Below, one piece after another: positions 18,423 through 28,601 of a stretch of DNA of 64,000 nt. The DNA lies in the NCBI GenBank assembly GCA_965603475.1, contig CBFDDD010000008.1:16176-80175 (forward strand). Reading direction: 5' to 3'. Numbering within the stretch: position 1 is the first letter of the stretch; each line of letters starts with the position of its first letter. Both the position numbers and the translations under genes were made by a program. Source of the DNA: an uncultured Myxococcales bacterium. Lineage in GTDB: Bacteria; Myxococcota_A; UBA9160; UBA4427. The notes beneath the pieces are model-generated. The model was given only the letters and a program-made list of their open reading frames with translations. It ran no database searches and was not told the DNA's origin.

Positions 18423-19490
18423 ATGATCCATCGATCCATTCGAACGATCGCAGCATTGCTCGCGATCGCCTTTCTACTTCCGGCCTGCAGGGGACCCGTA
18501 CTGGGCATGCTCGGTCGTCAGGCCGAATCCGCAATGCGTGCGAACCTGCCCGGCGAATTGCCCGACGGCCTGCATGTTCTGCTCTGCGGTGCCGGCGGAC
18601 CCATGCCGGATCCGAAGCGTTCCGGTCCCTGTGTCGCGATCATCGCGGGCGAGTCTGTCGTCATGATCGACTCCGGCAGCGGCGCAGCGCGCAATCTCGC
18701 GCGCTTCGGCCTTCAGCCTGGCCTGGTGGAAGCGGTCTTCCTCACGCATTTTCATTCGGATCATATCGACGGGCTCGGCGAGGTCGCGACGCTTCGCTGG
18801 GTCGGGGCTGGCTGGACCACGCCCCTTCCAGTGTTCGGGCCCGAAGGCGTCGGGGAGGTCGTCGATGGCTTTAATCGATCCTATCGACAGGACCAGGGAT
18901 ATCGAACCGAGCATCACGGAACGAAGGTTGCGCCGCCCTTGGGCGCCGGTCTCGAAACGAAGTCCTTTTCTCTCCCCGCGAATGGCGAACGCCCGGTCGT
19001 TTTCGAGAAGGGCGATCTGCGTATCATGAGCTTCGCCGTCGATCATGCCCCCGTTTCGCCCGCCGTCGGCTATCGCATTGAATACAAAGGGCGCGCCGTC
19101 GTCGTGAGTGGGGACACCGCGAAATCCCCCAACCTCATCGCCAATTCGATGGGTGTCGATCTGCTCGTCCACGAAGCCCTCTCGCGAACCCTGGTGCGAA
19201 CCATCCAGGACGCGGCGAAGCGCGCGGGCAATGAAAACATGGTGAAGATCACCGGGGATATCCTTGACTATCATGCCTCCCCGGTCGAAGCCGCGCAGTC
19301 CGCGCAAGAGGCCGGCGCCGACTATCTGCTCTTCTATCACATCGTGCCGCCGCTTCCGCTCGCTCTCCTCGAATCGATCTATCTGGAAGGGGTCGGGGAC
19401 GCCTACTCGGGCAAATTCAAAATCGCTGTAGACGGCACCTTCATCTCGTTGCCTGCGAACTCCGAAGCGATTCAGGTCGGCGAGCGATGA
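18423..19490 (+). CDS. MBL-fold hydrolase, RNase Z/AtsA arylsulfatase-like, with signal peptide
   Basis: THFHSDH, VDH.PV.PAVGYR, SGDT, LVHE, YH; LPAC lipobox-like. Confidence 0.88.
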   Translation: MIHRSIRTIAALLAIAFLLPACRGPVLGMLGRQAESAMRANLPGELPDGLHVLLCGAGGPMPDPKRSGPCVAIIAGESVVMIDSGSGAARNLARFGLQPGLVEAVFLTHFHSDHIDGLGEVATLRWVGAGWTTPLPVFGPEGVGEVVDGFNRSYRQDQGYRTEHHGTKVAPPLGAGLETKSFSLPANGERPVVFEKGDLRIMSFAVDHAPVSPAVGYRIEYKGRAVVVSGDTAKSPNLIANSMGVDLLVHEALSRTLVRTIQDAAKRAGNENMVKITGDILDYHASPVEAAQSAQEAGADYLLFYHIVPPLPLALLESIYLEGVGDAYSGKFKIAVDGTFISLPANSEAIQVGER

Positions 19491-20206
19491 CGAGGAATGC
19501 CATTGCCGATGTGGGCGTTCACACGATCGACGTGGGTCGCTTCCGCGAGCAGTTGCACCGACTATCCGAACGCACGCCGTATTCATTTTCCGTCGCATCG
19601 GTGCCCCGGCATTTTCGGCAAGCCGCTGTGTTGCTTCCGTTCTGGGAGGAGTCCGGAGATATCTGTGTGGCGTTGATACGCCGCGCGGAATCCTTGCGTG
19701 TCCACCCGGGCGAAGTTGCGTTCGCGGGCGGAATCGTCGACCCCGGCGAGTCTTTCACAGAGGCTGCCGTGCGCGAAGCCCACGAGGAAATCGATCTCGA
19801 TCCGACCTGCATCGAGTTTGTCGGTCGGCTCGATGATGCCTGGAGTGGCTTCGGCCACCATATTGCGCCTGTCGTGGCATGGCTGTCGGCGCCCCCGAAA
19901 CTCACGCCCAATCCTGCAGAAGTCGCCGAAGTTCTTGCCGCCCCCGTCTCGCAGCTGATTCTGCCCGAAGCCCGCAGCGCCGAAGAACTCACCGTTGCGG
20001 GCCTCAGCTATACGAACGTGACGCTTCGATGGAGCGGGGGCTCAGTCGATCGCCTCTATGCCGAGCTTCTACTCGAGGCAATCGAATGGGGATTCGGCGA
20101 AAGGCCGTCCCCCGGACCCGCTCGTTTCCAATCGATGTTGGAGAAGCACGAGATCCTGAGCGATGCGCGTCGGGGCATGGATGCCAACGACGGCCCGCGA
20201 TCTTAG
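19487..20206 (+). CDS. NUDIX hydrolase, CoA pyrophosphatase-like
   Basis: AAVLLP, R...LR.HPGEVAFAGG, Nudix box GGIVDPGESFTEAAVREAHEEI, NPAEV. Confidence 0.88.
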   Translation: MTRNAIADVGVHTIDVGRFREQLHRLSERTPYSFSVASVPRHFRQAAVLLPFWEESGDICVALIRRAESLRVHPGEVAFAGGIVDPGESFTEAAVREAHEEIDLDPTCIEFVGRLDDAWSGFGHHIAPVVAWLSAPPKLTPNPAEVAEVLAAPVSQLILPEARSAEELTVAGLSYTNVTLRWSGGSVDRLYAELLLEAIEWGFGERPSPGPARFQSMLEKHEILSDARRGMDANDGPRS

Positions 20207-20343
20207 GCCCGCTCGATCAAGCCTCCGTTTTCGAAGCCTGCCGCCGCCGGCAACGTCTTCGCCGCAGTCGTCCCCTGTCGCGAGCAGTACCTTGCGCGGG
20301 TGATACACTCCCTCGTGCTTAATGACACGAAAGGGGTACGGAC

Positions 20344-20745
20344 ATGAGCAAGGTAAAGCGAATTCTGCTCTGGGTCATGGCGATCGCCTACATCTTTGCT
20401 GGCTACAACCACCTGGCGAACCCTGCCTTCTATCTTGCGATCATGCCGCCCGACCTGCCGAACCCCGAGTGGTTGAATGTGATCTCGGGCCTCGCCGAGA
20501 TCGTGCTCGGTGTCTTCCTCCTCGAGCCGCGAACGCGAATCTATGCCGCCTGGGGGATCATCGCGCTGCTCGTTGCCGTGTTCCCCGCCAATATGTACGT
20601 GGCGACTCAGAACGTCGGCGCTGAAGGGCCGGGCAGCGGCGCCGGCTCGGCAAACTACATCCGCCTGCCTTTCCAGGTGCTCTTCCTCGTCTGGGCCTGG
20701 TGGTATACGCAGCACGATACTGACGATGAATCGCTTGGCGGATGA
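20344..20745 (+). CDS. DoxX-like membrane protein
   Basis: AG.NH, SGLAEI, AVFPAN, RLPFQ. Confidence 0.85.
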   Translation: MSKVKRILLWVMAIAYIFAGYNHLANPAFYLAIMPPDLPNPEWLNVISGLAEIVLGVFLLEPRTRIYAAWGIIALLVAVFPANMYVATQNVGAEGPGSGAGSANYIRLPFQVLFLVWAWWYTQHDTDDESLGG

Positions 20746-20825
20746 CGGTGGGCTGCCGCTCCTCGGAAGGCAAAATCAAGCGAGGTAGAGAACTCGTCCG
20801 TGCGCGAGAACGGCGAGAAAAACGC

Positions 20826-20999
20826 CCGATCGATACGATGTTCGAAGGCGGCGCCATGGGATTCATCTTCAAGGGCACCAACGGCCGCTGGCGGGATGTC
20901 CTGACGGACGATGAGGTGGCCTGCTATCAGAAGCGCGCCAGTGAGTGTCTGTCGGTCGAAGCCGTCGAATGGCTCGAGCACGGCCGCAATCCTGGCTGA
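20826..20999 (+). pseudogene. C-terminal remnant of a sulfotransferase
   Basis: FEGGAMGFIFKGTNGRWRDVL..LS.EA..WLEHG aligns with the C-terminus of the intact gene at 26334-27302. Confidence 0.8.
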
Positions 21000-21197
21000 G
21001 CCCGAGGTCTGGATTGGCACTTGCTTTCGCAATACGCCAGGTCCCGCCAAAGACAATTTTAAAGTCGCGTATGACGCAAGACTCTTTTCGCCGAATCATG
21101 ACGCGAAGCCAGTCGCAACGATGCCCGCCGCGGGATAGAGGTCGGACTGGATTATCCGGGTATCCTGCTGGAGTATCCGAGAGAAGGGGGTGCACGA

Positions 21198-22361
21198 GTG
21201 GAAGCGCTTGGCTGGATGCTGGTATCTCTTGGAGCCATCTTCCTGGCAGCTCTGCTCTTCGACGCGATTGGGCGGAAGACTCCGCTGCCTCGCGTGACGC
21301 TGCTGATGCTCTTTGGGTTCTTGACGGGGCCCTCGGTTCTGGACTTCCTGCCCGACATTACCCAGGCCTGGTTTCCGTTCGTGGCCAACATGGCCCTCGT
21401 CATGGTCGGCTTTCTGCTCGGCGGACAACTGACGCTGGGCGAACTGCGCGAGCGAGGAGGTCCCGTCATGCGAATCTCCTTGGCGGTCGTTCTGGCGACC
21501 TTTACGGTCGTTGCTCTCGGGCTCTTCTCGATTGGGGTCCCGGTCGTCGCCGCGCTGCTGCTGGCTGCGCTCGCTACCGCGACGGATCCGGCCGCGACCA
21601 TCGATGTTGTCCATGAGAATAAGAGCGATGGTCCCTTTGTTCGCACTCTGCTCGATGTCGTGGCGGTCGACGATGCCTGGGGGCTGATCCTTTTCAGCAC
21701 GACGCTCGTCGTCTGCAACCTTGTCATTGGAAACGGGGCAGGCCTGTCTCTTCTTCACGGCGCATGGGATCTCGGCGGGGCACTGATTCTCGGCGCCACT
21801 CTGGGGGCCCCCATGGCTTACCTCACGGGCCGTATCGAGCGCGGCGAGCCGACGCTCTACGAGGCGCTCGGGCTCGTCTTTCTGTGCGGTGGGATCGCGA
21901 TGCTACTGAATGTCTCGTTCCTGCTGGCGGCCATGACGATGGGGGCCGTCGTTGCGAATCTGGCGCAGCACCACACGCGTCCCTTCCATGCCATCGAAGG
22001 CATCGAGTGGCCCTTTATGGTCCTGTTTTTCGTACTCGCCGGAGCCTCGCTCGAGATGCCTGTGCTGGCGGAAGCGGGAAGCTGGCTCGTGGCCTATGTG
22101 GCGCTGCGTATCGTGGGGCGATTGCTGGGCGGCTGGATCGGCGGGTCGGTACCGGTGGCGGACCTCCCCGTGCGACGTTGGATGGGGATGGCGCTGCTGC
22201 CGCAGGCGGGGGTCGCCCTGGGGATGGCGCTCGTCGCGGAGCAGCAATTTCCGGAGGTCGGCGAAGCGATCCTGCCTGTCGTCGTGGCCGCGACCGTGCT
22301 ATTCGAGCTGATCGGGCCGATCGCGACTCGGTTGGCGCTTCGTGCGACGAGCGGGTCGTAG
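21198..22361 (+). CDS. Cation:proton antiporter (CPA2 family)
   Basis: About 12 TM segments; ATATDPAAT, VAVDDA, FFVLAGASL, LLPQAGVALG. Confidence 0.9.
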   Translation: MEALGWMLVSLGAIFLAALLFDAIGRKTPLPRVTLLMLFGFLTGPSVLDFLPDITQAWFPFVANMALVMVGFLLGGQLTLGELRERGGPVMRISLAVVLATFTVVALGLFSIGVPVVAALLLAALATATDPAATIDVVHENKSDGPFVRTLLDVVAVDDAWGLILFSTTLVVCNLVIGNGAGLSLLHGAWDLGGALILGATLGAPMAYLTGRIERGEPTLYEALGLVFLCGGIAMLLNVSFLLAAMTMGAVVANLAQHHTRPFHAIEGIEWPFMVLFFVLAGASLEMPVLAEAGSWLVAYVALRIVGRLLGGWIGGSVPVADLPVRRWMGMALLPQAGVALGMALVAEQQFPEVGEAILPVVVAATVLFELIGPIATRLALRATSGS

Positions 22362-22626
22362 CGCGCAAGTCGATCCACGATCCGCTCGGTTCAAAGGTCG
22401 CGAAGAGCTGTCCGAAGGAGTCGGCCGCCAATCCATATCCGGCTCCGCGGTGGTCGGATCCATCGCCGGCTCGCCTTGAGAATCCAAACCAGGGTCGCGA
22501 CGCTCGTCTGCGCACTATTTCCGCGAGTTGGATGAGGCGGATGCCTGCCTGCCGAAATCGGGTACACGAACGAGCGAAAATTCGGATGGAAGTCTGTCGC
22601 CCCAACCAAATTGGACGAGAAAGTGC

Positions 22627-23865
22627 TCAGTCCTCGATCTCGAAAGTCACGCCTGCCCGCGGCAATCGCGCGAGCAGCGCCTCTCCCATCGCGCTTGCCG
22701 GTGTCCACAACCCGCCTCCGACATCGAGGGAATCCTTTGCGAGGCAGACCGCGCTCTCCGCCAACATTCTGGAAGTCGAGCCGTAGCCCGGATCGCGATC
22801 GCCTCTGACTCGACCGCGAATCACCGAGCCATCCTCTGCCGTTCCGCGAAGCAAGAGGTCGAAGTATCCGGCTTCGCGTTGTGCCTTGGACGGCCCGTCA
22901 CCGGGCTGGGGGAGTCGCCCCGAAACCAGTCGCCGCAGCGGTCCGATCGACATCGCTCCCATCATGGCTGCCGAACCCGCGCTCGTCGCCGATGCCTTCA
23001 CGAATCCGGCTGGACCGGAACCCATCAACATCGCTTCGTCGTAACGGAACCCCTTGCCATAGGCGAACTCGAGCAGCGCGTTCGAACGGCGCACGACCTT
23101 CGTATTGATGCCCGCCATCATGAACGGGGCAGTCCACTGTTCGAAGTCGTTGTCGTATTGCGGCGATGTGCGCTCGGCCGCGTCGGGTCCGGATTGCTGG
23201 CCCTTCGGGTTCAGCGAATAGGGCTCGTTCATCGCGCGGCCGACTTCGGGATCGTTCTCCGCCTCTTCGAGCATCGTGAGCATGCTGGCGATCGTGCCTC
23301 CGCTCGCCGCGCCACTGAAGCCCTTCACCCGGAGCTGGATATGTGAGCAGCCCACGCCGTGCTTGCGCTTCATTTCCTGTTGCAGAAAGAAAACGCCGAG
23401 GTCGGAGGGAATGCAATCGAAGCCACAGTTGAAGACGATCCGCGCGCCGCTCTCCACCGCGGCTTCCTGGTGCGCCTCGATCATGCGCTGCATCCAGTGG
23501 ACCTCGCCCGTCAGATCGCAGTAGTGGGTCCCATTCTTCGCGCAGGCCTCGACGAGCTTCGAACCGTACTTCGCGTAGGGTCCAACCGTCGTGCAGACGA
23601 CTTTGGAGCGACGCGCGAGTTCATCTAGAAATGTCGTGTCGTCCCCGTCGCCAACGAGAATCGGAATCGAACCCGCATCCAGTCCAGCCTTCCGGGTGAG
23701 TTCGTCCCTGACCTTTTCGAGCTTTTCCTGATTACGTCCGGCCATCGCCCATCGCAACCCATTTGAAGCCCCGTACTGTCCGATCAGGACCTCGGCGGTC
23801 AGCCGACCCGTAAAGCCAGTCGCTCCCCAGACCACGATTTCAAACTCACGATTCTCGTCGGACAT
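22627..23865 (-). CDS. Saccharopine dehydrogenase-like oxidoreductase (trans-acting enoyl reductase family)
   Basis: GATGFTG, VGPY, HYCDLTGE, CGFDCIPSD, DPGYGST; AAGGAG RBS. Confidence 0.9.
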   Translation of the reverse strand: MSDENREFEIVVWGATGFTGRLTAEVLIGQYGASNGLRWAMAGRNQEKLEKVRDELTRKAGLDAGSIPILVGDGDDTTFLDELARRSKVVCTTVGPYAKYGSKLVEACAKNGTHYCDLTGEVHWMQRMIEAHQEAAVESGARIVFNCGFDCIPSDLGVFFLQQEMKRKHGVGCSHIQLRVKGFSGAASGGTIASMLTMLEEAENDPEVGRAMNEPYSLNPKGQQSGPDAAERTSPQYDNDFEQWTAPFMMAGINTKVVRRSNALLEFAYGKGFRYDEAMLMGSGPAGFVKASATSAGSAAMMGAMSIGPLRRLVSGRLPQPGDGPSKAQREAGYFDLLLRGTAEDGSVIRGRVRGDRDPGYGSTSRMLAESAVCLAKDSLDVGGGLWTPASAMGEALLARLPRAGVTFEIED

Positions 23866-24141
23866 TCGGATCTCCTTGCCTCCTGGTCGGCGGAGCCTAG
23901 CTCGGTGGGCCGCCGTGCGCTGACGGCGCCATCCACTGGCCATTGACCACGTCGGCCCGCATCGAGAGGAGCGCCTGGGTACACGAGGGCTCGGCTTGGT
24001 ATCGGGTCCGGTCCAAATTCGGGTTCCGTCGAATGCTAGGATTTCGATCCCTTGTCCGAAGGGTGGACGGCGTCTAGCTTGGGGATCACGCCAGCGAATA
24101 TCCCCACATCCTTCCCCCCCCAAATCACCAGGAGATCCCCC

Positions 24142-25800
24142 ATGGCCCAGATCGACGGCAATACCCTGATTGCGCGAAGTCTCAAGAAGCAAGGCGTCGA
24201 GCACATGTTCGGCATCGTCGGCTTTCCCGTCTTCGGGATCGCCACGGCCGCTCAGGCCGAGGGAATCCAGTTCATCGGCATGCGAAACGAGCAGGCCGCG
24301 AGCTACGCCGCTGGCGCGGTCGGCTATTTCACAGGGCGACCCGGTGCCTGCCTGACCGTATCTGGCCCCGGCATGATCCACGGCATCGCCGGCCTCGCGA
24401 ACGCGCAGGAAAATTGCTGGCCAATGATCCTGCTTGGCGGCGCGAGCAACTCATTTCAGGAGGGGATGGGGGCCTTCCAAGAAGCGCCACAAGTCGAACT
24501 CGCTCGAATCTATTCGAAATACGCTGCGCGGCCCGATTCGCCCGCGCGCATTCCCTTTTATTGTGAGCAGGCGGTGCGAACGTCGATCACCGGCCGACCC
24601 GGCGCCGTGTACCTCGACTTTCCAGACGATTTTCTCACAGCGAAGATCGACGAGAGCGAGATCGCGATCCCCGATCGATGCCCGGAACCGCCTCGACCCG
24701 CGGCCGACCCGGCTGAGATCCGGCGCGCAATCGACGTGTTGAGAAACGCCAAGCGCCCCCTCGTCATCATCGGAAAGGGAGCCGCCTATTCCCGCGCCGA
24801 GCACGAACTCCGGCAGTTCATCGAATCGACGCGCCTTCCCTTCCTGACGTCTCCGATGGGGAAGGGGGTCATCGACGACGAACATTCGTTGTCCGTTATG
24901 CCGGGGCGCGGACTCGCGCTCCAGGACGCGGACGTGGTTCTGCTCCTGGGTGCGCGACTTAACTGGATCATGCATTTTGGATTGCCACCGCGCTTTGCCG
25001 AGGGGGTCAAGACGATCCAGGTCGACATTCAAGCAGAAGAGATCGGACGCAACATCCCCGCCGAAGTCGGCCTGGTCGGCGACATCAAGGCGATCGCGGC
25101 CCAACTCAATGAAGCGCTCGAGGCCGACCCCTTCACGTACGCAAGCAACACGCCCTGGTGGGAAACGCTGTCCGCGAAGGTCGGCGAAAACAAGACCTTT
25201 GTGCAGAACATGATGAACGATGACGCGGTGCCCATGGGCTACTACCGCGTGCTTCGTGAAATTCAGGACCAGGCGCCCCCCGGCACGATCATCCAGGCCG
25301 AGGGTGCGAACACGATGGACATCAGCCGCTCCGTCCTGATGCACAAGAATCCACGAGAGCGAATCGATGCCGGGACCTTCGGAACGATGGGCGTAGGACT
25401 CGGGCAGGCAATCGCCGCGCAGGTGGTGCATCCCGATCGCAAAGTCATCTGCGTCGAAGGCGACTCGGCCTTCGGTTTTTCGGGAATGGAGGTCGAGACG
25501 GCCTGCCGATATCGGCTGCCCATCGTCTTCGTAATCATCAACAACAGCGGAATCGGATTCGGCTTCGAGTCGCTTCCTGAAGACCGTTTCCAATCACCGC
25601 CGATGGCATACACGATTCAGGCCGGTTACGAGAAGATGATCGAGGGATTCGGCGGCAAGGGCTACGCGGTTCGCACCCCCGACGAACTCGCTACATCGCT
25701 CAAGCAGGCGCTCGATGATTCGATGCCGAGTATCATCAACGTGCACATCGATCCTCGCGCCCGCGCGAAACCGCAGAAGCATCACTGGCTGACCGCCTGA
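24142..25800 (+). CDS. TPP-dependent 2-hydroxyacyl-CoA lyase (HACL/oxalyl-CoA decarboxylase family)
   Basis: [39 protein letters not shown]-terminal KPQKHHWLT. Confidence 0.9.
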   Translation: MAQIDGNTLIARSLKKQGVEHMFGIVGFPVFGIATAAQAEGIQFIGMRNEQAASYAAGAVGYFTGRPGACLTVSGPGMIHGIAGLANAQENCWPMILLGGASNSFQEGMGAFQEAPQVELARIYSKYAARPDSPARIPFYCEQAVRTSITGRPGAVYLDFPDDFLTAKIDESEIAIPDRCPEPPRPAADPAEIRRAIDVLRNAKRPLVIIGKGAAYSRAEHELRQFIESTRLPFLTSPMGKGVIDDEHSLSVMPGRGLALQDADVVLLLGARLNWIMHFGLPPRFAEGVKTIQVDIQAEEIGRNIPAEVGLVGDIKAIAAQLNEALEADPFTYASNTPWWETLSAKVGENKTFVQNMMNDDAVPMGYYRVLREIQDQAPPGTIIQAEGANTMDISRSVLMHKNPRERIDAGTFGTMGVGLGQAIAAQVVHPDRKVICVEGDSAFGFSGMEVETACRYRLPIVFVIINNSGIGFGFESLPEDRFQSPPMAYTIQAGYEKMIEGFGGKGYAVRTPDELATSLKQALDDSMPSIINVHIDPRARAKPQKHHWLTA

Positions 25801-25901
25801 TTGCCCGACCGGAAAACGGATTGGCCTCGAGCTGTAATCGAAAGGACCACGCGACCTTCATCCCATGGTTGAATCAATCAGGCATGAAAAGGAGACGCAG
25901 T

Positions 25902-26330
25902 ATGTTGGATTTCAAGCGAATGGGGCCGGCATCGGACGGGGTCTTTCGGGTTCTTTTCAGCTTGATCTTCCTCGTCGCGGGCGCCGGCCATTTCGGGCAG
26001 AAGGAGGTGATGCTCGCAAGACTCGAGGCGGCTCCTCTTGGCCATCTGGCGAGCCTGCTGGGTCCGCCCGAAATCTTGATGACGCTGAGCGGCGTCGCAC
26101 TTGTCGTCTGCGGGGTCGCACTTGCGCTGGGATTCAAGACGCGTCTGGCAGCGGCCGGGCTCTTTCTGACGCTCATTCCGATTACGGTGACGACGCACGT
26201 CGGCGATCCGACGCATATCGGTCCGCTCTTCAAGAACGTTGCGCTGCTTGGCGGACTCATCCATTTCGCAGTGCGCGGTGCCGGTGCGATGAGTCTAGAT
26301 GGACGGCCGAACGGCGACGCCTCGGGTTAG
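25902..26330 (+). CDS. DoxX family membrane protein
   Basis: [32 protein letters not shown]. Confidence 0.88.
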   Translation: MLDFKRMGPASDGVFRVLFSLIFLVAGAGHFGQKEVMLARLEAAPLGHLASLLGPPEILMTLSGVALVVCGVALALGFKTRLAAAGLFLTLIPITVTTHVGDPTHIGPLFKNVALLGGLIHFAVRGAGAMSLDGRPNGDASG

Positions 26331-26333
26331 ACG

Positions 26334-27302
26334 TTAGCCAGCGTTGACTACGTCACCCCCGTCTTCGAGCCAGGCTGCGCAGTCCGGGCTCAGCACCCGA
26401 TGTTTGGCTGCTTCGTACATCGCGAGGTCTTCTTCGTCGAGCACATCTCGCCAGCGACCGTTGGTTCCTTTGAAATAGAATGCGTCGGACCCACCTTTCC
26501 AGAACGAGTTCCCCTCGCCCGATTCCTCGGCTTGCGCCGCAGCCCGCCGTTTCGCATTGCCAAAGGTCGTTTCCTCGACAATTCTCGCCCGCTGCTCAGA
26601 AGTAAGCTCGATTTCAATAAACTCGGCAATTCTTCCCACTTGCCCGTCCAGGTCTTTCAGCAGGTCGTTGTAGTGGACAAAGAAGAAGTTTGGGAGGTGC
26701 TTGTAATCCCAATAGCTCTGGGTGTGATAGAGGTTCGACCAGAAGGGGTATCCCTCACTCTCCCACTCGAACCATCCACGCGAGATCCAATCGGGCCACA
26801 ATGCCTTTGGATCGTCCGGGCAACGGGCAATCGGTTCACCGACGAGTCCGGGCGTCTCGTTCAGCATGTGCATCGTTAGATCTGTGTAGTTCCAATAGTG
26901 ATTGAACAAGGACATGAATACATCGCGCGGATCGCGCCCGACGATGATGTACTTCGCCTGCGGCCAGAATGGGAGGCCGTCGAGGGGGAGATGACTTTTG
27001 AGATAGCGTCGCCGCTCGATTCCGGCACAAAAGCCCCTCAACGCCTCATTGTCGATTCCCATGAACCGCGCGTCCGGCCAGGGGGCAACGGAGCGCGGGG
27101 CGGGCATGGGGTCCACGTCGCCATAGATCATGAAATACAGGATCGACTGGGTCCAGGTCGTGCCCGACTTGTAGGATGTCGTCACGATGATGTCGTCTTC
27201 GCGCGGGACGACGACATCCCAGCGAGTCGAATCGAGATGGTGGTTCTGGTAGACGCGATGACGAACGGGAAGTTCCACTGAATCAGTCTCCTGATGGCCC
27301 AT
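26334..27302 (-). CDS. PAPS-dependent aryl sulfotransferase (Sulfotransfer_1)
   Basis: YKSGTTW 5'-PSB loop, KSHLP, RDPRDVFMS 3'-PB motif, KGTNGRW. Confidence 0.92.
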   Translation of the reverse strand: MGHQETDSVELPVRHRVYQNHHLDSTRWDVVVPREDDIIVTTSYKSGTTWTQSILYFMIYGDVDPMPAPRSVAPWPDARFMGIDNEALRGFCAGIERRRYLKSHLPLDGLPFWPQAKYIIVGRDPRDVFMSLFNHYWNYTDLTMHMLNETPGLVGEPIARCPDDPKALWPDWISRGWFEWESEGYPFWSNLYHTQSYWDYKHLPNFFFVHYNDLLKDLDGQVGRIAEFIEIELTSEQRARIVEETTFGNAKRRAAAQAEESGEGNSFWKGGSDAFYFKGTNGRWRDVLDEEDLAMYEAAKHRVLSPDCAAWLEDGGDVVNAG

Positions 27303-27498
27303 GGTGGTGCGAAAAACAACGAGGCCGGGCCTGTGCCGCGAAGGGTATCGGCTGGACGGCCCGGCAACCACGCCCTTCGAAATAGGCGCGATTCATGCGA
27401 CTGTTGCCAAAGCTCCTGTACAGTCCGCTCTCGCTGTGGTCGAGAGCACGGCGTTCCCGAAAGGCCCAAGGCCGTGCCGCAAGCGGCAAGGAGTTGAA

Positions 27499-28461
27499 AT
27501 GGCAAAGATCGATGTCTTCAATGGCGATGCCGACGGCATCTGCGCACTGACTCAATTTCGCAATGCAAATCCTGCCGAGAGTCGGCTCGTCACCGGTGTG
27601 AAGCGCGATATCGCATTGGTCGCAAAGGCGGGCGCGCTCGCGGGCGACGAAATGACCGTGCTCGATGTGTCGCTCGACAAGAATCGCGAGGCGCTGATCG
27701 AAGCCCTCGATCTCGGCGTTGAAGTTTTTTACGTCGACCACCACTTCGCCGGTGACATCCCGACGCAGCCCGGCCTCGAGGCGTTGATCGATCCTTCACC
27801 GGATGTCTGCACGAGCATCTTGATGAACGGCCATCTCGAAGGTCGATTCGTCCGCTGGGCGGTCGTCGGGGCCTTCGGAGACAACCTGATTGCGAGCGCG
27901 CAATCGCTGGCACAACCTCTTTCGCTGACCGGAGTCGAACTCGAGCTACTTCAGAACCTCGGTGTCTACATCAACTATAACGGCTATGGCGCGGCGGAAG
28001 AAGATCTGCATTTTCGGCCTGCCGAGCTCTACGGTCTGGTTTCGACGTACGCCGATCCTCTCGACTTCGTGCGAGACGGAGCGCAACACTTCGAAAAGCT
28101 CGAAACCGGCTATCGCGACGACATGGCGCGCGCGCGCGGAACCGAAGCCACGCGCAAAACCGATCACGTAGCCGTCTTCATGTTTCCCGACGAGGCCTGG
28201 GCGCGTCGGGTGAGCGGTGTCTACAGCAATGATCTCGCCAACGATTCGCCGAGCAGGGCACACGCCGTGGTGACGGAACGCGCAGACGGGACCTACCTCA
28301 TCAGCGTACGTGCACCCCTGGCCAACAAGGTGGGGGCTTCAGAACTTTGCCGACGTTTTCCGACCGGGGGCGGGCGGGAAGCCGCGGCGGGGATCAACAA
28401 CCTGCCCGCCGATCAACTCGATGACTTCATCCGTCAGTTCAGCGAGTTCTATTCCAGCTAG
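27499..28461 (+). CDS. DHH family phosphoesterase
   Basis: NGDADG, LDVS, YVDHH, ISVRA, GGGREAAAG; AAGGAG RBS. Confidence 0.85.
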   Translation: MAKIDVFNGDADGICALTQFRNANPAESRLVTGVKRDIALVAKAGALAGDEMTVLDVSLDKNREALIEALDLGVEVFYVDHHFAGDIPTQPGLEALIDPSPDVCTSILMNGHLEGRFVRWAVVGAFGDNLIASAQSLAQPLSLTGVELELLQNLGVYINYNGYGAAEEDLHFRPAELYGLVSTYADPLDFVRDGAQHFEKLETGYRDDMARARGTEATRKTDHVAVFMFPDEAWARRVSGVYSNDLANDSPSRAHAVVTERADGTYLISVRAPLANKVGASELCRRFPTGGGREAAAGINNLPADQLDDFIRQFSEFYSS

Positions 28462-28601
28462 CGCTCGATGCGCTCAACCATAGGAGGCTCTGCTAGCGGC
28501 AGTCGACGGGCGCTACCCGGCCCGGGTGCGTGTGAAGAGGACTCGTCCTGGATCGGGATGCCGGTCGCTTCGAGGGTTCGGATCGATCGCGGGCGAAACG
28601 C

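Noticed and set aside
17723-18508. N-terminal extension giving a 784-aa Rieske protein
   Set aside because: Overlaps the NTF2 gene on the opposite strand; RBS supports ATG 17722
21015-21031. TGGCAC..TTCGCA as a sigma-54 promoter
   Set aside because: GG to GC spacing is one base too long for the strict -24/-12 geometry
23866-24381. N-terminal extension of the saccharopine dehydrogenase-like ORF
   Set aside because: Overlaps the lyase gene; AAGGAG supports ATG 23865
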